This document shows, piece after piece, positions 10,381 through 23,453 of a DNA stretch of 64,000 nucleotides. A program made the position numbers and the translations under genes. Source of the stretch: Gnetum montanum. Its lineage: Eukaryota > Plantae > Gnetophyta. The notes under the pieces are model-generated. The model was not told where the DNA came from, ran no database searches, and saw only the letters and a program-made list of their open reading frames with translations. Every line of letters starts with the position of its first letter. Positions within the stretch are counted from its first letter, which is position 1. The stretch is taken from the NCBI GenBank assembly GCA_015680685.1, contig MNCI01000721.1, forward strand, positions 619,872 through 683,871, written 5' to 3'.

Positions 10381-12289
10381 GATCCTTTAAAAGAAATAGG
10401 AAAAGTGACTATCAAGCTAGCCAAAACTCCCATCAAAACTAATCATTAACCAAATATCAATTATAGTAAACAACTTAAGATTATCGGTTGTTTTTAGAGA
10501 TTGGTTAGTAAGCTTATATTCAACTATTACTAAATTAAATATTGCATATGAACATTTTCAAATTAACAAGCACATCTATTCTTAATGAGTTTATGATAGT
10601 CCCACACAATTTAAAAAATAGTTCTGCTTATAAGAAAATCCTAATCATTTCAAAAAATAGTTTGTTCAATTAGCAAGGTAAGTAAGAATTTCAATAAATA
10701 GTTCATTCTAATTCAATAAATAGTTTATTCCATTAGCAAAACTAGTAAGCATTTTAGTAAATAGTTCATTAACTATAGTAGACCTTAAGCAATTCATCAA
10801 ATTGTTAACTACTTAAACAATTCAATCATTTAACAAATAGTTTTAAAGAGACAATTTGAAACTCATCCATCAAGTATTTAAAACCTTAGAGCAACAAAAA
10901 TAGCAAGATTAAATTTGAAAAATACCTTAGTGACGGCAAAGGTAGAAGCACAACAATGACAAGGGTAAATGAATGAATGATATTGTGTACAGTGTTGAGA
11001 GGTAGACATTGATGGTATAGAATTTAAGTGCATGGTAAAGGAGGGAACCAATGACAACATGACCTTGACAATGTAGAAAGGCAAACCTTAGTGCTATAGA
11101 AAGAAAGACCTTAACATCAATGGAAAGACAACTTCAATGATGTGAAAAGATAGACCTCAGCAGTGCAAGAGTAGCAGTAGTAGAGAGTATATAACAACAT
11201 AGGAATAAACAAAAAAAAAAACCCCATTAAAAAGTAGCAATAATGGAGATGGAGATATAGTAGGGAAATTATTTTTTGTATGTTTGATTTCAATCAAAAT
11301 ATTTTTTTTGGCAACATTCTCTTCCTTGTATCTCATTTTGTTATTAGAAATTCTAAGATTAGCTTAATAAGAAGAAAGAACCTTTTTATATTATAAATGA
11401 TTATGTTATAGTAAAAACTAATGTTTAGATTATGGAAGAAAATGATTATTCTAAAGTTATTAGGATTAAAATATGATACTTAAAAGAAATTCAACAACAT
11501 TGCTCTTCCAATTTCAAAGGTAAAATAAGCTTTCAATTTGATTAGGGTTTATGTGCCTTAAAATTGCTCAGAAAATAAGTAATTCTAGACTAATTTTTAT
11601 AATCAAATATGTTAAATTAGACATGCTATTTTTATTGAAGAAGATATTAATATTATTTTTCAAGAATATGAAAAGAAAGATAGGAAATATTGGTACATTA
11701 AACGTATAGAAAAATATGAAGATGTCAAACTCTAAAGAAATTAATACTAATATTAAAAATTTCAAAGTATATTGGATCAATAAAAAGAGTGTTTAAAGAA
11801 AAAGCTTAATAGTTTTAGGATGCTTTTTTAGGTTTTTATCCTTACAATCAATCTTGAAAAACCTTCCCTTTAGGGTAGAAAAAGAATGAGGCCTTGCCCT
11901 CTTTTAGTAGCATCATTGTAGACTTTCACTTCTTACAAAAGGGCATCTCGTAAAAAAAAGAAGAAAACTCTTTCTATAGACAAATGAAAACTTCAATCAC
12001 AAAAAAAAAAAAAAAAAGCAACAAAAGCTAAAAGATTCCCATCCATCAGCTTCCAAGATAAAAAGAAGTTAATACTGCAAAAATTAAACTAATTATTTAG
12101 ATTCAATTAGAGAATTTTTTACTTGAAAAGCTATAACTGAAAAAAAAAACATCTTTTAAAATTTGATATTTAGCTCAAAAGTGTTTGCAACCACTTAGGA
12201 CTTCCTTCCTATCACAAACTTCATGGTCCTTAACTTTATGAATAAAATCACTCGGACAAGGAGTTCTTTCAAACTCAAGTTCGGGTGTT

Positions 12290-12960
12290 TGTTGAAAAGC
12301 ACTTAGGCTCAAATACCTGCCAATAAACTTAGTGGTAATAAAGCAAGCTAATGTGTGATTGCTATCGAAAATGTTAAAATGAATCATATAGAGTATTAAT
12401 CTGTAACCGGTTATTATGATAGAAATTCAGCTTTGCCTTAAACTGTGAGATTAAAGGCTCCTATTATGTCAAAGCTACTTAATCTACGCAGTCTTAATTG
12501 TACGTTACCTGAAACAAACTTACTTTCGCCAAAATGCTTAAGCAAGAGTAACACCATCATGGGACGCATGAGTAGTCTCATCAGCAAAAGCCAAGCCTTC
12601 AGAAAATCCCTTAAACAACTTGGCTAATTCATTCTTGCCGAGACCGAAGAAGCTGATGCACTTAAATGCAGCATGTCCGGAAACACGGAGAATGACGGCC
12701 TGGGCAACCTTGCCGGAAAAATCCTCCTCGGCAGCCACCTTTGCTAGACTACCGCCGAGATGTCCATCCAGGAAATCTAGAAACACATTCTTGAAACCTC
12801 GGTTACCGCCGTGGGCAGCCTCGTTAGACCCAGATTCGCCGTGACCGCAGAAGCCATGGCAAGACCCGGAATCCGGTTGCCAAGGATGAATTTACAACGC
12901 AAGGAGGCCACAAAACAGGAAACTGAACCACAAGTCAGGAAGAAGAGGACGATGCAGTTA
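12290..12960 (-). pseudogene. LAP: Leucine aminopeptidase (M17) N-terminal fragment with internal deletions and one retained intron
   Basis: MASAVTANLGLTR (ATG at 12857), then FKNVFLDFLDGHLGGSLAKVAAEEDFSGKVAQAVILRVSGHAAFKCISFFGLG, which resembles the plant LAP N-domain (LDxHLGGLLxxVSSEEDFTGKxGQSTVLR..IGLG). Donor CAG|GTAACG at 12508 and a candidate acceptor at 12317. No catalytic domain is present. Confidence 0.8.
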
Positions 12961-14414
12961 AAGAAATCACAGAGCGAAATCGATGCAAGGTCCGAGGAAA
13001 GCTAATGATTTGGGGTATTGCCTCACACATTGCTTACATGCTGGCGTAGCGTGTGGGCAAGTTTGGGGCAAGCAAATTACTCGTTTTCACTCCACACGCC
13101 AGCGTGTGGGTTCCATACGCTCCCTCACACGTTGGCGCAGCGTGTGTAGCCGGTTGGACCAGCGTATGAGGGTGAGTTTCCTTTTGCTTTTTACACGGTC
13201 GAGTAGGATAAAGATTAGCATTTTTCCACGCAGGCCACCAAAATATGTTGTTTCCATGTTAGTGCAGACCAAGTCAGCGGTGGTGTTTTTGGCTTTTTGG
13301 GGCTCTGTAGAGCGTGCTGGTTCCTTTGACGAGGGTGTTTCTGTTCTTGACCAACCGCACAGGGTAATTTGTTATTTGTGCAGATTTGGGTTTTTTTTTT
13401 TTTTTTAATTATTATTTTTTCTCATGCCACGGCGGCGGAAAACAGAAACGGCTCAGTAAATTGAACACCTTAGATTAATCTATTCCTTGCTGAACATAAA
13501 TTTAGAGAAAATTTAAAATTTGTTCAGTTTCATATTGTGAAAAATAATAAGCTCCAAAGCTCTTCACTCAAAGTATCCAACAAATTGTTATGCAAAATTT
13601 CCATCCTTAACAAAGAACTGCATTTGACACTTATTAGGTGAATAAACCACCAAAATTATAAGCCAAATATCATATGATATTTTCCAACTTTTCTCTATGC
13701 ATGCTTATCGCTTCTTAACGGAGAATAAAGTAAAATAAATAACACGCAAAATACAAATTTGAAACTTCAAAAAATCATTGTACAACGTCCCAAACATTAT
13801 GAATTCCGGAGCACATGTTTGACAATCAAGAAATGCCTAACTTCTTGAATATGCCTTTATCCATGGTATCATCTGTTTTAAAGTGTTCACGAAGCTAATC
13901 TATAATATTGTCCTTGATCTCTCCCTTCAAGTAAAATGCTAATACAATGACTTGATAAGTAAAATTGTTCAAACAATGATGGTTTCAAAGACACTCCTCT
14001 TCCTCCTTCCCTAGTTTGATCAAAGTTATAGATGTTGATGATGGGTTATCACATCCTAAATGTTATGGCTTCTGGTTTATTACTAGTTACTTCATTCATT
14101 AACTTTAAGACTTTGTATAATCAATTTTTGTCACACTATGTAATTATGGCTATGGCTATAGATGTTTAATGGTTTTCATTATGTTCTATACTTTTATATG
14201 TTTTACATGTTTATGCAAACACAAATAGTGAGTGTGATCTATAACTTGAGACACAATGAAAAACTAGGACATAAAGTAAAATGGATGAATAAAATATGAT
14301 GCAATAAAATTGTAAATCATGGTGTAAAAATGCAATTAAAAATGGAAACAATATCATTAAGTAAATTGGCCACAATGCTTAAGGGGCATAAAGAAAAGGT
14401 TATTTCATTCACTA

Positions 14415-14570
14415 GTTTTAGGCCATGGCAAACCATGGCTTCACCAATTTTGGGCCTTGGTGAGCCATGGTCTTGCAAGTTTTAGGTCTTGGTAGGCTAT
14501 GGTGTCTTGCCAGTTTTAAGCCTTGGAAAGCCATCATGTCTTGCTAGTTTTAAGCCTTGGTAGGCAATCA
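14415..14570. repeat. ~27-29 bp minisatellite (TTTTAGGCCTTGGTAGGCCATGGTGTCTTGCCAG-like)
   Basis: Five degenerate units. Confidence 0.65.
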
Positions 14571-14889
14571 TTAGTTTCTCTATCAAACATGAGAAAATCT
14601 TGAAAGAAAATAGAGGAATAGAAAAAATATGAAAACATGGTATAAGGCTACAAAAATAGGCAAGAAATGATTATTGAAGGAAGGGATAAGATGTTGATTG
14701 TAAATCTATTGCTTGATCCTTGATATATCAAGGAACTCCTTTTATATGGTTCTACATTCATCATTCTTCCTACCTAGTATGGCCATAGTTAGGTATTCTT
14801 GTTGGTCATTTAATATTGTAGGATTGGAGATGTTAGCCTTGTTGTTGGTCCCAACTTAAGTTTTGGAGTTTCCTCTTAAAACTTCACTT

Positions 14890-15140
14890 TCGAACTTCAA
14901 TCAATGTTGACGTTGTTGACAGATGGTGAACACGAGTTGTTCCCAAAAATCACAATTTCCCCACCTTCATATGGTAAATAGATCTCTTGGTGTATAGGAG
15001 ATGCTACCGTATGAAGCTTAGCTAACCATGGCCTTCCTAGGATCATGTTGAAATCAAGTGTGTCTTCAACTACAAGGAAGTTGGCAGATATGGCAAATTG
15101 TTTCCCAATTACGAAATCCAAGGCGATAGAACCTCGTACT
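14890..15140 (-). mobile_element. Protease C-terminal half of an old Tat/Ogre-like Ty3/Gypsy element
   Basis: VRGSIALDFVIG..FLVVEDTLDFNMILGRPWLAKLHTVASPIHQ. Confidence 0.75.
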
Positions 15141-16739
15141 TGTTGTCACCTTTATGCCATTCCATGGAGTAGCAATTCAAGAAACTAAAGATAAAATCCC
15201 ATAAGAGACATGGCAATATGCACAAAGGAAGTTAAATGATATTTGTCATTGAAATTATATTTGTGAGATAGGATAAAGTTAAATGTAAGTGGAAAATGCT
15301 TGCATTGTGAATGCTGTGTTTTGGTACTGGCAAAACTAGATGAAGAAAAAGCACAAAGGAAGAAATGGTTGGCACTAGTCTGATAGTAGAAATCTAAGGA
15401 TACTTCTTCTTGATGAAGGAAAATAATTCATATGGTAAAATGTATGGTGATTTCCTAGTGTATTATTTCAAAGATTGACAGTGATGCAATGGCCTGCAAC
15501 ATTTGCATCCTTACGTTCTAAGTAATTGGAAGTTTGAAATGAATCAGGACACACACTAATCTAATATTTGCCTTTATCGATTTCATAATTAAACCAACAC
15601 ATCATAATTTTTTTCTATATTCAATCATTGAAAATATTGTTTCTACTAATGATCAAAATAACATACAATATAGAGGCAAAGATTAATCAAATATGTTTTA
15701 ACATTAAAATCTCTAGAAAGCGCAAAGCAAATGTTTCAGAAATGCCTATTGGTAGTCTCATCAATGTTAAATGAATTGAATCAATAGTTAAATTGTTCCA
15801 CAAATAAAATTTTATCAAAAATTGGGCAACCTTGCTATGCATTTGAAAGAATTCCAATAATATTCTGCAGAGAAAAATGAAGAAAAAAGCAAAATAGAAA
15901 CCCTAATGACATCATTGTGGAGGCCCTACCTCATAGGCACATCATAAGCAAGAAGCAGAGGGACTCAGATTAGATGTGGGATTCTACAACTACAACTCAT
16001 CTCTGCATCATTCAGCACATAACGGTAAGATTCGAACATGTATGTCTTCAGTGAAGAGAACTCATGTGGCAGTAAATGTGACAAACACAATTGCAGCAAC
16101 TACAATAGAACCAAAACCTTCTGAATGTCATGAACCATTATAATAATGGCCATCTCCGACTCCCTAACCACCACACCAACATCGCCATTGCCATCCTTCT
16201 TCTCTCGTAGAGCGCAGGCAACATTAGAGGCAACGGTTTTCATAGAACTAGAGTCCTAGACCATGTTTTCTTGGGCAACACATCTTAGGTGGTTGCAACC
16301 AAAACAACAGTTAGGCCAAATCTGGAGACATTCATCAACAATGACAAGTAGTGAAATTTGCATGCGTAAAGAGTGGATAGCTAATGGCAGCAATGCATTG
16401 GATTGCAGAGTGTAGGAATGATTTTTGCTTGACAAGACAACACAATATTCCAAGTGTACACACAAGCAATCAACACCTACAAGACAAGCCAGTTTTAGAG
16501 GAAAAAACAAAACACACAACAAAAAAAAGGACATTTTTAATAAGATGTAGGGATTACTCATTAGCAATGCAGCATAAACCAAACACTATTATTTTCAAAG
16601 AGGGTTTCCTTTATCATTGGCCAAAACTATAATATTGATAGAGGCATAAGGGTATAATATGAGATTTAACAATGATTTACATCTAGAAAAATATAAAAGA
16701 AAAAGTTATCATTTTTTTAAGGAAAAAGAGAGATTATTA

Positions 16740-17936
16740 GACATGACACTTGTCAACCATGGCATATATTTCTCAAGTTATCATAAATTTTTAGAAGTTA
16801 TAACTTCCTAGGATAGCAATAAATTAATCCTCCTAGATATTTGTATGACCCTTAACTTCTCATGTATATTGTAACTATCTTAAGGTCACTATAAAAGGAC
16901 CTTTAAAGGAAGAAATAGGGGGAGGAGAATAGAAAGGAATTTGGGAAAAGACAATTGAAGATTACTTGTAAGATGGCTTACTAAAGACATCACTTTGGCT
17001 ACTTTGTTTTACTCTTGTGAGTTCATTCCCTCCCATTTTGTTTTAATTACTTAGGTAATGGTTTAGATAGTATCATGCTTGGCATTTAGTTTTGGGGTTT
17101 TTCCTAGGTTCCTTTTATAGCTCTATTTTTGCGCAATATTAGACTCCTATTAAGATTTCCCATAGAAGAGCTTATATTGCTAAAAAGCCTCAAGAACAAT
17201 TTAATAGTAATGTCTTAATGAAATTACTTATTTTGAGCATAGAGAATCTAAAAAAATCTTTGGTATTTTAAGACATGCAAGAGCTTCATTGATTTAAAGT
17301 GTATTGCTTTGGTATTTCAATCCTAAAATTGTCAAATTTTTTAAAAGCTTTGTTGAATGTAATCTTTGACAACTATTAACTAGCCAAAAAAAAGACTCGT
17401 ACTTTGTTGTTCACACAACATTTTTTATAGTATAATAAGATTGTCTTTACGAAATTGCCTGTTGAGCTCAAAGGTTTTGGAAATTTGATATTTCACACAA
17501 ATCTGCTTTCTTTTCTTTCTTTTTCTAAGTCCATTGAATCTCGCTCTATTTCTAGTTTTCTTGTGGAATATTCTCTGTGGGGAAAATTAGGAGTAAATTG
17601 GAAAAATTATGCTCAAATGTTTTTGTAAAATTTTATTTGTTGTATGTAACGTACTCTAGGGACCGTATAGATTAAGTGATTGGACAAAATAAGAATCTCC
17701 AACAACTCATGGTATTTGACAAAGATAGTTGAATCTCTTTTATGATAGCTAATTACAGTTTCATACATAACCCAACCATTTCAACATTCACAATAGCAAA
17801 CACATACTCACGATTAATTCATTTCATAACTACAAAGTTTATTTATAGGTATCTAGGCCTTGGTGTTACCAAAGAATAGTAAGCACCTAAACCCTATTTG
17901 AAGAACACCTTTGATTCCGTGACCCTGAAGGTCACA
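16740..17936 (+). mobile_element. LTR-like repeat A (related to 20400-21290); 5' boundary uncertain
   Basis: TATA CTATAAAAGG at about 16889, a purine-rich tract, and an end of GGTCACA. 17430-17936 aligns with 20715-21290 (for example GGTATCTAGGCCTTGGTGTT and TGCTCAAATGTTTTTG). Confidence 0.6.
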
Positions 17937-18745
17937 AGATTGAAGGCCACCAACATTGGCAATCCCAAATGGTTGCCAATAGTACCGCAACTCATGATCC
18001 ATTGAATGACATTAGTGCAAAGGTAGAAGTTTCTTAGATGTTCTGTTAAGCCTAGTTTGTTAACCATGATCTATGGTATCATGTTGGTTACCACCCCATC
18101 ATCCACATGGACATGATAAACCTTATACCTACCAACACATATGGTAATGAGAAGAGGAGCAAATAGCAAATAGTTTTCTAGGAGGATCATACCATTTGGT
18201 TGTTGTGAATGAGGCTACGTTGTAAGAGTTATTATTGGTGTTTAGTAAGTTGGGCTCATTCAACACCAGGTCTCCATGGTCAATCATTTTCTAGATGTTA
18301 TCTTTTAATGCTAGACAAAAAATTGGTATCATGACCAGCCATTTGATGATAATGATAAAACCTATCTATTCTAAAGTACTTTGTTAGCTTTAGATTGTCT
18401 TTGGTTACTATTGTTGGATCTCTAGCTATGTCACAAAGATAATCGTGCCTATTACAAGTTTTCTTAAACAATTACTTATGTTGCATATGATCATCTTTAA
18501 GAAATTATTTTAAAAGCTCAAAGGGCTTCATTGGTAGCCTAGTGTACTTTAATTTATCTTTTCACTCAAAATCTGATTGTGGTTGGTTGGAATCATAGGA
18601 GATAGATGGTTGAGATGATTTAGAAGATGTGTTACATGGCAAATACTTTCTCCTTTCTTCTAGTTTTCTATCCTTGGATACTGTAGCCACAGTTGTTTGA
18701 TCTTCCTTAATTCTTGTTGGCACATTTGGCCATTTCATGGAATAG
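17937..18745 (-). mobile_element. Decayed gag C-terminal region of the old Tat/Ogre-like element
   Basis: YFRIDRFYHYHQMAGHDTNFCLALKDNI*KMIDHG resembles the Tat/Ogre CxYHxxxGHxTxxCxxLKxxIQxLIxxG motif. Confidence 0.65.
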
Positions 18746-19672
18746 GTTGGACATGGCTCACATACAGCATTGATTGCTGTAGGTAGGTTTGTGCATAATA
18801 TGAACTACAAAAGTTTGGCAGCAGGAGATGGCAAAGGAGGAGCTCCATTTGTGAGACTTGTAGTGTACAAGGCCTATTGGAATATGCAGGGAGGTTGTTG
18901 GGATGCAGATATCCTTGCTGCTTTTGATAGTGTAATCAGGCATGGCGTCGACATTTTGTCTGTGTTAATCATTACTCAACCAGGCTCCACCAACTTTCAG
19001 GATTCCATCTCCATGGGTTCATTTCATGCTATCAGACATGGGATTACAGTTGTTTGTGCAGGTGGAAATGAAGGTTTCAAGGGTAGTGGATCTATGACAA
19101 ATACTGCACCCTGGATCATCACTGTTGCAGCCAACTCCATAGACAGGGATTTTAATAATAATCTTCAGTTTGTCAGAAACCAGACCCATATCCAAAGTCT
19201 AAGTCTGAGTATGGATAGACTCAATCATTTAGCAACAACTATAAGAGCATATGATGCTGCTGCCAAGGGTGCAGATCCTATATGGGTAGACCAATGCTAC
19301 CTGGGGAGTTTGGATGCTGCTAAAGTTGCAGGAAAGGTGGTACTCTGTAACCAAGATGGAAACCCATTCACATGACCAATAGATCAAAGCAAATGTGTTA
19401 AACAGGCTGGCGGTGCAGGAGCCATCATCTTCGATCAGTTGAATCCCATTGTTGAATAGGCTTATGCATTTGAAGTACCCACTGCATACATGGGAAACAT
19501 TGATGAGATGAAAGTTCTCCCTGTTTTCAATTCAACGAAGACACCGAGGGCCTTTATCTCACAAGCAAAAGCAACGTTTACAAGAGAGAGTTCTCTCATT
19601 ATCGCAAGATTTTGCTCCAAGGGTTCAAACACGATGACACCAGATATCATCAAGCCTGATATTGCAGCCCTG
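18746..19672 (+). pseudogene. SBT: Subtilisin-like serine protease (S8) fragment, intronless, from the catalytic His motif through the PA domain to KPDI
   Basis: VGHGSHTALIA..GGAP..YKAYW..DADILAAFD..GVDILSV..ISMGSFHAIRHGITVVCAGGNEG..NTAPWIITVAANSIDRDF..GKVVLC..KQAGGAG..FCSKG..IIKPDIAA, with two in-frame stops. The Asp and Ser catalytic motifs are missing. Confidence 0.92.
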
Positions 19673-20399
19673 GTTCGGGCTGCATCGGAGACGAAAGCCC
19701 AAAAATCATGCAAAATGATGCTCTGCGGTCACCCATTTCTATGAAGGATAGGGTTGATTCATTTGCCGACGCGCGGCCTCGCAAGGATGTGCTTATTGGG
19801 ATTTCTTTGGATTCGGTGGTGGATCTATCCACAGAAGAAAATTTTTCGCTGCGGTGGCAGCAAGCAAGTTACAACAATAATGGAGCCTCATTCTTCGGAG
19901 AATTCCCTGTTTCTTGCTCAAGAAGTTTCCATCAAGGGTTATTAGGATGTCTCAAGTCTTGCTGCAAAAATGATTAAAATCTAGAGCCAACAAGAGATCT
20001 GGCCACCAAAAAGTTTTCCAAGGCAAGATTGTGGCAGCAGAAAAGAAAAAGCAGGAACCTAGACTCACCAATGGCATCTTCATGCTGAACCTGGACTGCG
20101 ATAACCACCACACAAACTACATAATGGCAAGCAATGCTATGTGTTGACACTATAAACTTTATACTATCTACATGATTAAACTATAATTAAATTATATATT
20201 ATCTACATAACATGACACTCGCTTTGTGTTGAAAACGTGAGAGCGCAACTCCATTTATGCATTCAGTTGTTCACACTTACATATATATTCATAGATCAAC
20301 CCACCCATGTACGCATCAACTCCATGGTTACTATCTCTATTACTATGATTTAAAAAAAATATAATAAAATATTTTATGATTTAAAAAGGAAAAGAAAGT

Positions 20400-21290
20400 T
20401 ATGGGATATTTGTGTAACATCCTATATAAAGGGGACATTTAGCTATTATCCCTTTTATTCCAATGGAAGTTGTAACTTCCTATGATAGTTACAACTATGA
20501 TATTTGTAACTAATTTTAATTTTGATTACCATGAAGACACTTGGCAACTAAAAAGGCCACTTGTCAACTATAGCTTTTTTGTCTCCATGGTGACCACTTG
20601 GCAACTGAATAGGCCACTTGTCAATTGAATGGGCCACTTGGCAACTACATGGAACACTTGTCAACTATAGCCTTTTTTATGGTATGTGATAGTTTACGCA
20701 GCAATTTTTAGGTAGCATAATAGGATTGTCTTGAAGAAATTGCTTATTTAAGCCTTGGAAGTTTGAACAATTCATAGTTATTGAATTTGGGATAGCTTTA
20801 TTGTGAAGTGTTTACTCGTATCATTTTACCTTGTTTAAACAGTTGAGGTCTACACAAATCTACTTTCTTTTCTATCTATTTCCATTGAATCTTGCTCTAT
20901 TTCTTGTTTTCTTGTGGAACTATCTCTTTCTCTCGGGAAAATTAGAAGTAGATTCGCAGAGTTGTGCTCAAATGTTTTTGCAAAATTTTATTTTTCACAA
21001 GTAGGTATTATAAGGACCGCATAGACTAGGCAATTGAACAAAATAGGAACTCTCAACAACTCACAGTACTTGGCAAAGTTGGCTGAGTCTCTTTAAGATA
21101 AGTCATTTGTAGTTTACATACAACGCAGTCATTTCATTTTTCACAACCGACTCACAACAGCACACACACATACTCACATTAACTACTAAGTCTATTTGGA
21201 GGTATCTAGGCCTTGGTGTTGCCAGAGATCAGCAAGCACCTAAATCTTGTTTGAGAACACTCGTTGACGATCATGTCCCAAACGGTCGCC
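20400..21290 (+). mobile_element. LTR-like repeat B with an internal ~20-bp tandem repeat (GGCCACTTGTCAACTGAAT, 20535-20670)
   Basis: Homologous to repeat A; ends GGTCGCCA. Confidence 0.6.
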
Positions 21291-22607
21291 AAAAATTCTC
21301 TCACTATCCATCCTCATATGTTGGTTTTTATAGGCTGCATAGGCCAAATCATTACTAGCCTTAGCTACTTACTTGATGTTCTTATTTTGTGAAAAGGCTT
21401 GGTTCAGTGATTGGGACTCTAAGTAGTAGAGCTTTGACTTGATGAAGTCATTTACTGCTCCCTTGAAGATAACCAAACTATGGATTTTAGAGATAGGTTC
21501 TAGAATCTCATTAAGCATTAAATTCCATCTCCAAAATAACCTTTATATTGGTTTAAGTGATCCCTACTTTATCTTTATAAGTTATTTTAATGTGGTATCC
21601 AACTTCAAGTTGTATCTAAAGCAGTTGACAAGTTAATTTATTAAGTTCTTAAGGAAAGAGATGAAACCTCTAGGTAAGGTTTAATGCCAATCCAAAGTCT
21701 TTTCCTTGAGGAACATAAAGAAAATGTGTAATATTGTCTGAGGCCATGCTTTCAATAAGAGGCACTCAAACTAAAAGGTGACTAGATGTGCATTAGGATC
21801 CCCTTCACCATTGTATTTGGTAAAGTTTGGTATACGCACATCCACAAGTAATGTTATTTGAAAAATGATAGGGCTTATAGGATCATCTTGGTAGAAATCC
21901 ATGACCTTCACTATTGGTGTTGTGCTAGCTTTTAGCTTCCATAGCTCTTAGGTAAGGTCTTGGATCATTTGGAAGGCTTGATCCAAGCCTTGGAGCATTC
22001 CTGTAAACTACTGTGTTTGTAGTGAGGGTTGAGAAAGAGGTTGAATAGTTTGGGATCACTCAATGAGCATTAGTATAGATAGGAGAGGTTATGTGAATGT
22101 AGTCACAAAAGAGTAGAAAAAGAAAAAGTATGTTCAAGTTGAGACATGAGGGCTAAAGAAAATAAAGGGAGTATGAGAGGTTTGTGAAACCTAGGCTCTT
22201 GCAAAGAGGCCCACTAAAATGATGAAAGGAGGTGGTGTGGTAGATACCACCAGTGATGGGTGTACTGAACAAGGTTGAGTTGCAAAGGAATTGATGTGAA
22301 TAATATGGTAGAATGAGAAGCTTGTTAAGACTAGTGTATTGTTACAAAAGGTATTGAAGTGATCATGGAGGTATACAAGGAGGTAGGTTGAGAATATTAG
22401 TCTATAGAGGTGACAGGGGGTCCTTAGTTTATAATTAAGATCGGGGGTGTAGAATTGGAGATGGTCACATGTGTAGTTGACCATTGCATAAGGTTTCTTA
22501 GGAATGTATCTAGTTCATACTCAGCCTCAAACACATCTTGATCTCCTTGTCTTTGGTCTGAATTAACTTCCTCACTTGACTCATCTTGGTCTACTAATTA
22601 TGCCAAC
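21291..22607 (-). mobile_element. Decayed gag N-terminal/capsid region of the old Tat/Ogre-like element
   Basis: VRIPNFTKYNGEGDPNAHLVTF..FLKEKTLDWH*TLPRG..IK*G..RW, a Retrotrans_gag pattern with many stops. Confidence 0.7.
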
Positions 22608-22612
22608 ATATG

Positions 22613-23453
22613 TGATGATCGGTGAGGTACCCCTATGCTCAACCATACGAATACGAGCATTTCACACACAATCTGGTCGAATTCCAAAGACTAAGTGCTT
22701 ATGCACCCTTGTGGAACAAGGATGGGTTGGTTTATTGTTGTCTTCCCAAACTTACTTGTATGTCACAATTGTATGGTTAAGTAAGCTTGAGGCATATGAT
22801 TTTTATAGCTTTTATGTTTTGATGTCTTGCTGATAATAAGGTAGGAGAGATAGATAACTAAGTGACTAATTTAACTTAACTACTAATGAACTAGGCCTTA
22901 ACTAATCCTAACACCAGTATCAGTTCTCACTTCATGTACACATCCTAAACCAGTGCAACACTACTGGGATTACCAAACGCTAATTGTTACTGGGTTACCA
23001 AGTGTTACATGCATCCTCGAAGTGATCGTACTGAGTGTACTTACTTAGGACAGTTATAGGGTGAGAGAGAATCATTAATTAACTAAGAAAGCATTTAATA
23101 ACATTAATTAACACTAATTAATCTATTCTGGATGCTACAAGGTTTATCATAAAGTTCATCTTTATTGCCATACATAAGGTGTGCTTAGGTACACAATGCT
23201 CGAATAAAGATCCGTTCACTTGATGACTCCTACTGTGGGCACACAAAAATAATTCTAACTCTAAAGAGGAGAAAAGGCAAGAGTTTGGCTAAGGGGCTAA
23301 CTACCTAACTACAAAACCAAGTGTGCCTGCCTCTTATTGATAGGCAAGGAGGCAGGTCTCAATATCGGGTATCCAACATCGCATGGTAGGCTCCGATATC
23401 GCGTACCCGATATCGTGGATGCAATATCGCGGTCCCAATATCATGGTTCATTG
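22613..23453 (-). repeat. 3' LTR (841 bp)
   Basis: 22845-23453 aligns with 31722-32327. The terminus TGATGA matches the LTRs at 43033-43894 and 62091. Confidence 0.9.

Noticed and set aside
19700-19830. USP-domain receptor-like cytoplasmic kinase N-terminus (KDVLIGISLDS)
   Set aside because: Only a ~10-aa resemblance; too short to call.
23448-23453. Non-canonical (CG/CA/TA) LTR start, since the two LTRs begin CAATGA and TAATGA
   Set aside because: Related LTRs at 43033, 51211 and the young 62091 copy all begin TGATGA; mutation is the simpler explanation.
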